A stretch of 61,867 nt of DNA, the filler included, from Sphacelaria rigidula (taxonomy: Eukaryota), in NCBI GenBank assembly GCA_964200075.2. It is 11 parts of 11 records of this genome, joined end to end, with 100 filler letters (N's around TTAATTAATTAA, not from the genome) between each part and the next. Parts side by side here need not be neighbours in the genome. Positions count along the whole stretch, not along the records: positions 22,537 to 28,069 come from CAXNAA020026563.1; positions 28,170 to 33,702 come from CAXNAA020026564.1; 9 more parts are not named here. One strand, 5' to 3'. Numbering within the stretch: position 1 is the stretch's first letter; each line of letters opens with the position of its first letter. A model generated the notes under the pieces. That model ran no database searches. It had not been told where the DNA came from and saw only the letters and a program-made list of their open reading frames with translations. The position numbers and the translations under genes were made by a program. Below, one piece after another: positions 24,920 through 33,802 of this stretch.

Positions 24920-25725
24920 TCTCTCTACATGAGCTTGTTGGTCCTTGCTCCACGTACATTACTACTTTACTCTCGACACGATATCCAAGTGTAGTTGTAG
25001 AGGTCTGATGACGTCTGGTAGCCTCATTACTTATTTTTACACCCCGCCTCCATTGAGCTCTAAGTATAACGTTGGCGTGTACATGCATGTTTCCACCGTC
25101 ATACTCCGATTCCACAGCGGTACACCAAGAAGGGTCCGTCTGTAGCGTCCAGCGCTCGAGAGGTTGACCCTGTGGTAACCCTCCTCCTCCGTCTCCGAGC
25201 CAAACGCCTCATTATTTCAAGCCCTGACAAGAAGGAAGAGATGAGAGCAGAAAAGACCGACGGCAACCATGTCCACGGCGGAAGGCCACAGAAGAATCCA
25301 TCAGCATACGTCGTGCGCTCACCAAAAATGTCACCCCGGTGCAGTCGGATTCGGTGTTGTCCAGTGAGGGACGCACCGGGTCAAGTTTGTTCACGCTTGT
25401 GCACACAGCCACAACCAGCACTTGGTTTCCTGAAGTCTATACAAACTAACACCAGCACAACCTGTCTATTTTCTATATACGGAATTTCTTCTGACACGGG
25501 ACACGTTATTACACCGATTTGAGAAACATGAGTCGGGCTAATAGCTTTGCGTGAAAGCTGTAAATACTCGAAACCATATTTCGTTCGGAAAACAGCACCT
25601 CTAAATCCACACTCTTTCCATCGCCAGCATCAAAAAGCCCCAGGTTTCCCCAACACGTCATTTCCCTCCCGTGGTTGCGTATGTATCTGCATGGGCGATG
25701 CTTTTTTTTTTTTCAAAAACGATAG

Positions 25726-25962
25726 TCATCCCGCCCGAAAGCGGCCATCGCGACGACGTTGGGAGAACTGGAGGCATCGCAGGGCAATCTGGAAGAAGCC
25801 AGGAGAACTTTCCAGGAAGCGTTGGATAGGCTCGCTGCGATTGAGGACCGCGAGGCGAAGAGAGTCGTGCCTCTTGGCCAGAGGCCATCACGCAGGTCGC
25901 GGGAGGACTCTACCGAGAGGCCCGGGGAGATTTTGGCAGTGTGGGCCAAGTGCGAAGAGCAG
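25726..25962 (+). CDS. Internal exon of a TPR/HAT-repeat protein
   Basis: Poly-T tract plus TAG acceptor and CAG|GTGTGT donor; 79 codons. TTLGELEASQGNLEEARRTFQEAL and EILAVWAKCEEQ match TPR/HAT helices. Confidence 0.65.
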
Positions 25963-26139
25963 GTGTGTGTATGTTGCGTGTATCACAGTGCGCCGTAGAG
26001 TGTGCTAAAGTACCGTTCCGCGCCTTCCAGAGGGCGATGATTGGTCAGCCCAACATGACCACACCAGAGTAGAGCATGATTTTGGCAATCCATACGTAGA
26101 TTACTACCCTCGTCTCCTGGAATTTCCGCTCTTCCTCCT

Positions 26140-26617
26140 GACACTTTTTACGATAGCCCCTCCCCACCCAAAACCAGCCCAAAAGTGACACGAAAAACAT
26201 GGTCATACAGCGGCTGATGTTCGGGTTCAGGCTGCATGGGAATTCGCAGCTGCTCGTCGTGCTCGGCTTTTCCCATTTCGATTTACTTGAAGATTCTGCC
26301 TTCCCGAACCGGGGAGAGATGGATTGATCCCTTGAGACCAAGGACTCGTCCCGAGGAGGGGGGGGGGGGGGGGGGGGGGGAGGCGGAGAACGAGAACACA
26401 AAAAAAAACAACAAGAACAACAGCGAAGGCGGGCGGTGCGCGGTGCTNNNNNNNNNNCGGGGGGGCGAGGAACGGGTTTGTGCGCGTCGCGCTTGCGGTG
26501 CGGGGGGGGGGTGGTGGTCGTGGGCCTGGGCTTCTGGTTAAAGTACGACAACTATCAAATTATAATGATGAAATGAACCAGGTAATTTTGGGCCGGGTTG
26601 CTATCGTAAAATGTATC
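26140..26617. mobile_element. MITE family A copy, 4-bp TSD TCCT
   Basis: Same TIR and internal sequence as 10399-10647 in the opposite orientation. TCCT on both sides. Contains long G-runs and an N10 gap. Confidence 0.8.
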
Positions 26618-26683
26618 TCCTGTACATGGTCAGCGGTCAAACGACTGAGACAAGCAACAAATGAGCACGCCCCCCCTCCCTCC

Positions 26684-27985
26684 TGTAAGGAGGCGAGGTT
26701 AATGGTCTTATGACTACGGCACGCAATCGTTCCGTGATTCATGATCCGGCGGATGAGTTTGACGGACACGACTGGCGTAGTCGTTCACAGGACACGGCGG
26801 ATGAATAATCAGGATGTTGTACGACAGTAGTATTGTATAGCTAGGCAAAGCAAGGAGAAAAAAGTGATTGAGGTGAGTAAGGCCTCATGGCCGACCACCT
26901 AGACTACTCGTACGTGGGTCCTGTATACACGCCAACTATGGCAGCAAATCCCACCGCATGTAACGATGAAAACAAAGAACACAAATGCCCAACTACTGTA
27001 CCGTCAGTCCAGTATCGTAGACTCTTGACTGATTAGCCTCCGAAAACACCTGTTGAATAACCTGTGTAGTGTGGAGGGAGGTTTCGCTCTAATGATGCCC
27101 TGGACTGTTTTTTTCGCGAGCGTACCCTATGCTGATACGCCAGTCAGGGGGGGAGGGGGGGGCAGTGTCTCTGTTAACAGGCTAATCAGTAGGGTCTACG
27201 ATACTGGGCTGATGATACAGTAGTGAGGCATTCGTGTTCTATGTTTCGACCGTTACATTCGGTGAATTACTCAATATTCAAGCTCACTCCGCAGTGCTGG
27301 CCGTAACCGGTCTCTCGACCGTTCGGCGCGGGGACGTCTCAGGTCCCCTGCCCGTCTTTGGGTGCGTTCCACCACATGACATCTTTTCCTCGCCACCTTC
27401 TGTAAGCAGTGGCCCTGGAGGACGGTGTCCCTTGCATTAATGGAGACATCGCTGCCTTTCCTGTCATACTTACACTCCCTCTGAAGTACGCGTCGCTTCT
27501 TTCAGCCAATTTGCTAGTGAATCACAAATACCGGTTGATGAACCACGTGACTCTTGAGTGTTTCGTGATTCGCGATCAGGCGGATGAGCTCGATGGACAC
27601 GGCTGTGTAGTCGATCAAAGGACACTGCGGACAGCGGATCAGGATGTTGTAAAGGGGTAGTATTGTATAGCCAGGCGAAGCAAGAAGAAAGTGATCGAGG
27701 TGGGGAAGGCCCCATGGCTGACCACCTAGACTGTACGTGGGTCCTATATACACGCCAACTATGATGGTAAATCCCACCGCATGTAATGAGGAAAACATGA
27801 AACACAAATGCCTCACTACTGTATCATCAGCCCAGTTTCGTGGACTTCGACTGATTTGCCTGTGCACAGGAACAGCGATCATGAGTACACCCCCTCCGCA
27901 TGAGCCTGATCCGGCGATAACGCGGGGTGACCCGTCCCGGCTTTGTAGGGATACGAGGTCAATGATGCTATTAATACGGCTTGCA
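26684..27985. repeat. Cluster of LTR-like repeats (about 360 bp, TGT...ACA ends)
   Basis: Direct copies at 26684-27039 and about 27559-27868, an inverted partial at 27172-27264 preceded by a G-rich PPT-like tract, and an end fragment at 27944. The same end occurs at about 7394-7429 (-) and 44941-44963. Confidence 0.6.
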
Positions 27986-28302
27986 GAAATATGAGTATCC
28001 CCCCCCCCCTCCTTCGAGGCACAAGCAGGATTTAGACCAAACCGTAGTTGCGTAGACCATGTGTACACANNNNNNNNNNNNNNNNNNNNNNNNNNNNNNN
28101 NNNNNNNNNNNNNTTAATTAATTAANNNNNNNNNNNNNNNNNNNNNNNNNNNNNNNNNNNNNNNNNNNNTGTACTTAATATTGGCCCGCCCTTGCGGTAG
28201 GTCACTCTTACCCCATTGGGCAGCCCGATCTGTTCCTTCCTTCCTTCTCCTTATTTTCTTCACTTCGATATCATCTTTTTCTTTCTCTTCTTTTTTTGTA
28301 CT

Positions 28303-29398
28303 TTACACCCCAGCGAGTGCCTGCGATATGAATTTCGCTCCTTCGCCCCCCGCTCTTTCGTACGTCATGAAGGCCAGCGATTTCGACCTCCCCGCCATCT
28401 GAATCTGCAGTTGCGACGCCCCCTGCGCCGCTAGGTATATTGCTCCCCCGATCCTACCGGAGTGCAGTGCGAACTCCGTCGGGTCCCTCCCTGTACTGGA
28501 AATTAGTTGCCTAAGTGCGCTCGTCGCGCGTGCCCGCGTGACTTCCACCCATCCGGTCTTACCTACGGTCTTCATCAGTGGAGCTTCTGCCCCTAACTCT
28601 GGGTGGCAGTCAAGCAGCTCGAGTAGGAGCTCTAGCGCCCCTGTGTTTTCAGATCTTTCGGCACCCCGCGCGCTTCCCCCTACTCTTGTTTGAGATACCA
28701 TCGCCCCTGGCCGGTTCTGGTCCGCCTTGGAGGCTCTAAAACGCACCTCGACCCTATCGGCCAAGCCCCTGTCTGACCAGATCAGTTGGGAGTTTTCTCT
28801 GAAAAACATGAGGTCTCCCCTCCGAAGGCAAAAGTCTGGATGTACCGAGCCGTCGTTGTATGCCCAGATTTCGGAGGCCCTGCATAAAAGAAAATACGAT
28901 AGGGCTAGGCCTATCCATGTGACACGGCTCTGTGTCGTACCCATCTCTAGCATTCTCCCTTCTACCAACAGCGGTAGCGTCAGCGGTTTTCGCACGTGGG
29001 GCTTTACCTCGGATTTCCGGGTGCTTGATCCACTCCCTTGAGCACGGCTGCTATCATACAGTGTTTCATAGGTAACTCCAACCGGTATGCATCTTGTGGA
29101 AAAAGCTTATCGCTGACAAATCCCCCCGCACTGTCCCCCTCTGTTTTTTGTGCGTAAAGAGCCGCCACGCAATAAATTCAGTGATATCGATGACCGCGCT
29201 AGCCTCGCCGTCGGTTCTTGACATATATACGGGCTTTTCTCGGCAGGCCCTCCACCACGACCACGTTTCGAACTTTTTCTCATACCCGCTTCTTGTGCTG
29301 GCGTTAATTGACGCGTGGGCTGGTATTTCTACTAGCTTCGCAACGCCCTTCTCGTCTCTGGCCGGGCCTCCCTTTTGTCCCGCGATAGTATCACGAGG
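28303..29398 (-). pseudogene. Tyrosine recombinase (phage-integrase family) of the retroelement, frameshifted
   Basis: Catalytic half 28995-28303: LCRASE (R), SKADQ (K), HSGRIGGA (HxxR), GRSKS (usual GRWxS, W>S), FMTYER (Y). The N-terminal domain is readable upstream (STRSGYEKKFETW...EFIAW...TVRGDLSAISFFHKMH, then LELPMKHCMIAAVLKGVD) with frameshifts near 29080 and 29015. Confidence 0.9.
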
Positions 29399-29409
29399 TC
29401 AGCGCGGGT

Positions 29410-31215
29410 TCAGTCTGCGTGTCGGGACATTATTTTCCAGATCTCTTCATCTAGGCTGTGGTCCAGGGGTCTTTCTTGCAGAATCAATTCGAGCATTTCT
29501 CTGCCTCGATTTCCTAGCTCTAGCCGTTTCCAATTGAGATATCCTGTCAACCGTGCTACCTTCTCGGCCACCTCCGACTCCGACCATCTCGAGATGCCGT
29601 CTGCTAGCTCGTTTTCGACGCCAGGTAGGTGTTTCGCTGTAGTACACCACCCGGTGGCGACTTCCATGCGACCCATCATTCGCATCAAGAGGGCGGCGCG
29701 TCTGTCTTTTGATCCCCCGCATTTATTTACCCAGTGTACAGCCGACGAGGTGTCGCCGCGCATCAGAATAGGGTCCCCCCTCTCTGTGGGCCTTTCGCCC
29801 TGAAATATTTGGATGGCGCAGGCGGTCATGAACATCCCACACAGTTCTAGTAGATTGATAGTGATCGCGCAAGTTTCTCTATTTTTTGCTTTTCTCTTCA
29901 GTTCGCATGTGAGCTCATGAGGTAAAGAGTACCGCCAGAATAGCCCGAGCTCTGGGCAGTACCCGCCTACCGCTGCCAGGTTCGCGTCGGAGATATACCT
30001 ACGAGATGCGGTGCGTTTTGTGTGAGCAAAGAATGGGGCGCTAAGCGATTCACCGCGATGCACCAGGTTCTCCGCGATAGCCCATTTCCAAAAGGCGATA
30101 TCCTCGTGAAACTCCCAGCCAAGGTTCACTGTTCGTCTCGCCTTACGTTTCTTTTTCGCGGCTACGTGTAAATCGGTGAGACGTAGTAGTTGCCATACGA
30201 AGTATTTCCCGGGTCTTACAACGAACGTGAGGTTCCAGAGTTTCCCAGCTATGCTCAGTACATCTTGCGCGGTCGCGCTTGTCTTGTCGGCGGGCCAGTC
30301 GTGCTCCAGTGATTCTTTGATAGCTTTGACCTTTTCTCGAGTGACTGCTATCCGCATGGTGTGTGTGTCGATCGTGAATCCCAACGCATCTACACTGGTG
30401 TTCCAGTTTGTACTTTTGTTAGGCGCAAGGATGGGTATCTGATCCGGCTCTCCGGGACCAAACAGTCTGATGTGATCTGAGGCTAGCAAAGCTGACGCGA
30501 TTAGCGCCGATTTATCTTGCGCGCCGTGCTGTACCTTTGCAAGGATGTAGTCGTCCACATACACGCTAACGAAAAAGGGGTCATGGACTCCCCCCCCGGT
30601 TGCTGGGGAAATAGCAGCGTCGGTCGGGACCTTTGTAGGTGTCCCTTCTTCCCAGGGCTCGACTATGGTCACGTGTTTCATCATCTCTCTACCTTCGTCG
30701 AGTATTACGGCGTCGAGAATTGTGGTATTGCAGTGGGCATGTTCAGCAGCCTGTGATAAGAGTCCCCAGTGGCCGGGGGACCCCGTCCATCCAAACGTGA
30801 GCCGAAAGTCTGCTACGATAACGTCGTCTACCACGTAGCAGCAGTTTTGCGCCTGGTCGGGCGCGATCCTGACATTTCTGAATGCATTCGAGGCATCCGC
30901 CTTTGACAGTATGATTCTACTATCCGGAAACTTGACACGTAATCTCAGGATTTCCTTCAGTAGTTTTGGGAGTGCCTCTCCGCAGAGGCATTGTGGCACC
31001 TCGTCCACAATCGTGTCCCGGTTGAGGCCGCCTTTTTTTCTCTTCGGTCCGCTGGGGTCAAACGAAAAATCATTGATGATCCTGACTTTGCTAGTTACTA
31101 CTGCCCCAAGGGGGGCCACTCTGAGGCCGCTGATTTTGAGCGCCGCCCCTTTTTCAAACACCAGGCATCTGTTCCTTCGTACATCCTCAATCAACTTCTC
31201 CCAGACTTGAGGCAT
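29410..31215 (-). CDS. Reverse transcriptase + DIRS-type RNase H
   Basis: 601-aa ORF. RT motifs: KVRIINDFS, KADASNAFRNV, RLTFGWTGSP, VYVDDY, LGFTIDT. RNase H motifs: ISDAN, INLLEL, GDTSSAVHW, HLPGVENELADGISRW. Confidence 0.95.
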   Translation of the reverse strand: MPQVWEKLIEDVRRNRCLVFEKGAALKISGLRVAPLGAVVTSKVRIINDFSFDPSGPKRKKGGLNRDTIVDEVPQCLCGEALPKLLKEILRLRVKFPDSRIILSKADASNAFRNVRIAPDQAQNCCYVVDDVIVADFRLTFGWTGSPGHWGLLSQAAEHAHCNTTILDAVILDEGREMMKHVTIVEPWEEGTPTKVPTDAAISPATGGGVHDPFFVSVYVDDYILAKVQHGAQDKSALIASALLASDHIRLFGPGEPDQIPILAPNKSTNWNTSVDALGFTIDTHTMRIAVTREKVKAIKESLEHDWPADKTSATAQDVLSIAGKLWNLTFVVRPGKYFVWQLLRLTDLHVAAKKKRKARRTVNLGWEFHEDIAFWKWAIAENLVHRGESLSAPFFAHTKRTASRRYISDANLAAVGGYCPELGLFWRYSLPHELTCELKRKAKNRETCAITINLLELCGMFMTACAIQIFQGERPTERGDPILMRGDTSSAVHWVNKCGGSKDRRAALLMRMMGRMEVATGWCTTAKHLPGVENELADGISRWSESEVAEKVARLTGYLNWKRLELGNRGREMLELILQERPLDHSLDEEIWKIMSRHAD

Positions 31216-32627
31216 GTGTTCTTCGATACTGCGGTGACTACCGTATTTGAAACTAAGTACTCAATCATGTGCAGGAGTTCTCGTATCCGAGGGAAGTGTT
31301 TTTGGTTTCCGAAATACTCGTGGACGTCTATCAGGTTCATCGGCGGTGACACCAGAGTACCGCCGAGGCCCTTTGCTACATCTACGATTCTTCCGTGGTT
31401 GAGTCGGACGAGACTCGTGCAGGTGGCGGCTAAGTCTGTGATGATGCATTTCATTTCTGTTAGGTCTATGGGTGTATTCGAGAGTTCTTGCTGTTGCTGT
31501 TTCCACCGGTTATTGAGGTTTTTGCTTGGGTGGTCTGTGTGTCTGGTTGGGCTTCGGTGGCGTGTGGTCTCAACTGGAGGGGATTTTTTCACCAAGTCGA
31601 AATTTCGCCTTTCGATGATCTCCTTACTATCGGTGTTGCTCTTTTTCTCTGCGGGCTTCTCATTCGTCAACGTGTGCGAGCCGTTGTCTGGGGTTACCTG
31701 TGTGTAACTACTGGTCAACGGTTTTGCGTTAGTGCACCGGGTGCGGTTTTGATCTCGTGCACGCTTTCCGCTCGTCAACATGGACGTGCCGTTGTCCAGG
31801 GTTCCCTCGGAACTGCCAGACAACGGGTCTTCTTCTGCACCTCTATGATCTTTTGCTCCCCTTAAGTCACTGGTTATCGAGTTTGCACGCTTTGCGCTCG
31901 TCAACATGGACGTGCCGTTGTTCAGGGTTCCTTCGGAACTGCCGAACGCCGGGTCTTCTTCTGCACTGGGTGTGATTCGAATTTCACGGGGAGCATGAGT
32001 TCTGTTATTGTCTGATCTACCGACGTTCAGGGTTACCTGTGCGTAACTGCCGACCGCCGGATCTGCTTCTACACGTCTCCTGTCTGTGGGGATGTGCGAA
32101 GTGGTGTTGGCGTGGTGTCTGCGTGTACTACTGTCGTTTTTGTTAGTCATGGACGGGCAGATTACCTGATCTTGTTCTTGCCTTACCTGTGCGCGTTGGT
32201 GCTTTCCGTTGTACCTCAGTGTCGACCGGTTACAGTGGTCGTGCGGGCCGTTGATCGTGTGGTTGTTGTTTTTCGTGTCATTGCGCGGGGCGGTGGTATC
32301 ATCGAGAATGTCATCCGTGTGAGCTCTACCGTCCAATCTAGTGTACCCTGCAGGCCTTTGCTTGTTACAGAATGTCTTGGTGGGGTTGGTCATGGAAATG
32401 TTTTTCGGTTGTGGGAAGTGCGGAATGGAACTACGCGGTCTACCGCTGTGACGTGCACATGGGTTGTTACCTGCGTTGGTACTTCTGCTCTCGCCGTGAA
32501 AGAAACTTGCCGCCACCGACCCCGGTTGGGGGGCGTGGGCGATACCCACCGACCTCGCTGAATCCGTGACCAGTGCTCCTCCTCCCCCAAGACTGGTAGG
32601 CCCCGCCGACTGGCAGAGACTGCACGC
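31191..32627 (-). CDS. N-terminal low-complexity part of pol (ORF2), in frame with gag
   Basis: 452-aa ORF (32549-31191) whose frame stays open up to the gag stop. It is T/N/R-rich with internal repeats. Its last ~90 aa look ordered (...FPRIRELLHMIEY) and continue in another frame as FKYGSHRSIEEHMPQVW, implying a frameshift near 31250-31262. Confidence 0.65.
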   Translation of the reverse strand, partial: ACSLCQSAGPTSLGGGGALVTDSARSVGIAHAPQPGSVAASFFHGESRSTNAGNNPCARHSGRPRSSIPHFPQPKNISMTNPTKTFCNKQRPAGYTRLDGRAHTDDILDDTTAPRNDTKNNNHTINGPHDHCNRSTLRYNGKHQRAQVRQEQDQVICPSMTNKNDSSTRRHHANTTSHIPTDRRRVEADPAVGSYAQVTLNVGRSDNNRTHAPREIRITPSAEEDPAFGSSEGTLNNGTSMLTSAKRANSITSDLRGAKDHRGAEEDPLSGSSEGTLDNGTSMLTSGKRARDQNRTRCTNAKPLTSSYTQVTPDNGSHTLTNEKPAEKKSNTDSKEIIERRNFDLVKKSPPVETTRHRSPTRHTDHPSKNLNNRWKQQQQELSNTPIDLTEMKCIITDLAATCTSLVRLNHGRIVDVAKGLGGTLVSPPMNLIDVHEYFGNQKHFPRIRELLHMIEYLVSNTVVTAVSKNTCLKSGRS

Positions 32628-33702
32628 TCAGGTGCTCCGCCCAGCTCCGCCATTCCCGCCGAAGCTGTGGGGAAAACGCGCCACTGTACTCGCTGCGGTC
32701 GCCGATGCTGCCGGCGCTGGTGGTTTTGCCGACGCCGCCGTCGGTGCTATTTGAGGTATCGGTAACGCCGCTGGCGGCTGGAGGGGAGGGCCTCCGACGG
32801 CTTCATGGGTGCTCGTGTAGTCTGGGAGGCGGCAGCCGCGCCCCCGTGGGCATGTGAGCCCCTGCCAAGCTCGTAACCAGACGCCCGCCGGCGGGGCCCA
32901 TGACGCCAGTTCCGTAATGAAGTCGGTATTCGGTGGCGTAAGGTGTTGCCACTGGGGCGGGTACGGCGGGGGTCGGGGAGCGACACGTTTGACCGCGTTG
33001 CTCGTGCCCCCGTCGGGGAGTACCTTTCGTTTGACGGCTGTCTTGGGGGCGGGCTGTGCGGGTGAGCCTGCTACCGCGAGCCCAGGGTTTTGGCGACCGA
33101 TGAGGCTGCTGGGGTGGCCGTCAGCGGTGAGCGTTTTTACACGGGTGAACGATGGCACCGGCACCGCGGGGCCCTGCCCGTTGGCAGGTGGGGCGGCGGG
33201 AGACTCCATGCGTAGGTTCAATCCTGCGTCCCTGCATTCTGTGAGCCACCCGTTGATGTCGTGGTTAAAGTCAGTGATTATGCGGATTTTGACGGCCGCC
33301 TCGTCTCTGTGTAGAGCGGCGTAGTTGTTTCCCGTACACGCGTCCAGCGCCGACGCCATCCTCCACAGTTCTCCTGTGATGAAGGCTCGCCTATCCCGCC
33401 CGCCGTCGTTGTCGGTGGTGCCGAAGTTGATGATGATGGTCAGCGCCTTGGTGAATGTTGTAACATGGACCTCAGCGCGAAAGTAGGGTCTTTTTATGCC
33501 AGGCGGCACCGGGGAGTGGAAGTTGGTGACGTCTACGTCGGTCAACGTCTGGAGATTGCTCAGCATGCCCAAGTTGGTGTCGGCCACGTCGCGGAGTTTT
33601 AGTTTCAAGTTTGCGTCAGACATGGGAATGGGAATGGAGACCCCGCCCCTGAGGATGTGGAAGAGTGCCTTGTTTTCGTCCGAGAGCCAGCTGTTGATCT
33701 CC
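32628..33702 (-). CDS. Gag-like ORF1 of the YR retrotransposon (5' end truncated by contig edge)
   Basis: Open from the contig edge to TGA at 32628-32630 (at least 331 aa). Pro/Ala-rich C-terminal half with zinc-finger-like GV(W)LRAWQGLTCPRGRGCRLPDYTSTH. Lies upstream of pol. Confidence 0.7.
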
Positions 33703-33802
33703 NNNNNNNNNNNNNNNNNNNNNNNNNNNNNNNNNNNNNNNNNNNNTTAATTAATTAANNNNNNNNNNNNNNNNNNNNNNNNNNNNNNNNNNNNNNNNNN
33801 NN

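Larger units (their letters stand above)
28170..33702 (-). mobile_element. Tyrosine-recombinase retrotransposon (DIRS order, Ngaro-like layout gag / RT-RNaseH / YR); nearly full coding region, lightly degenerated, termini outside the contig
   Basis: Collinear minus-strand ORFs: gag-like, linker, RT (YVDD) plus DIRS-type RNase H, then a tyrosine recombinase. No DDE integrase or protease seen, and no methyltransferase domain seen after RNase H. Confidence 0.93.

Noticed and set aside
29410..31215. RT plus recombinase as a bacterial retron, DGR or defence system
   Set aside because: The RT is fused to DIRS-type RNase H, with gag upstream and YR downstream, in a eukaryotic context. No template/variable repeat pair was seen.
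29094..33324. Plus-strand ORFs (29094, 29375, 30991, 32094, 32854 etc.) as genes
   Set aside because: They are antisense shadows of the retroelement coding frames with no recognisable motifs.
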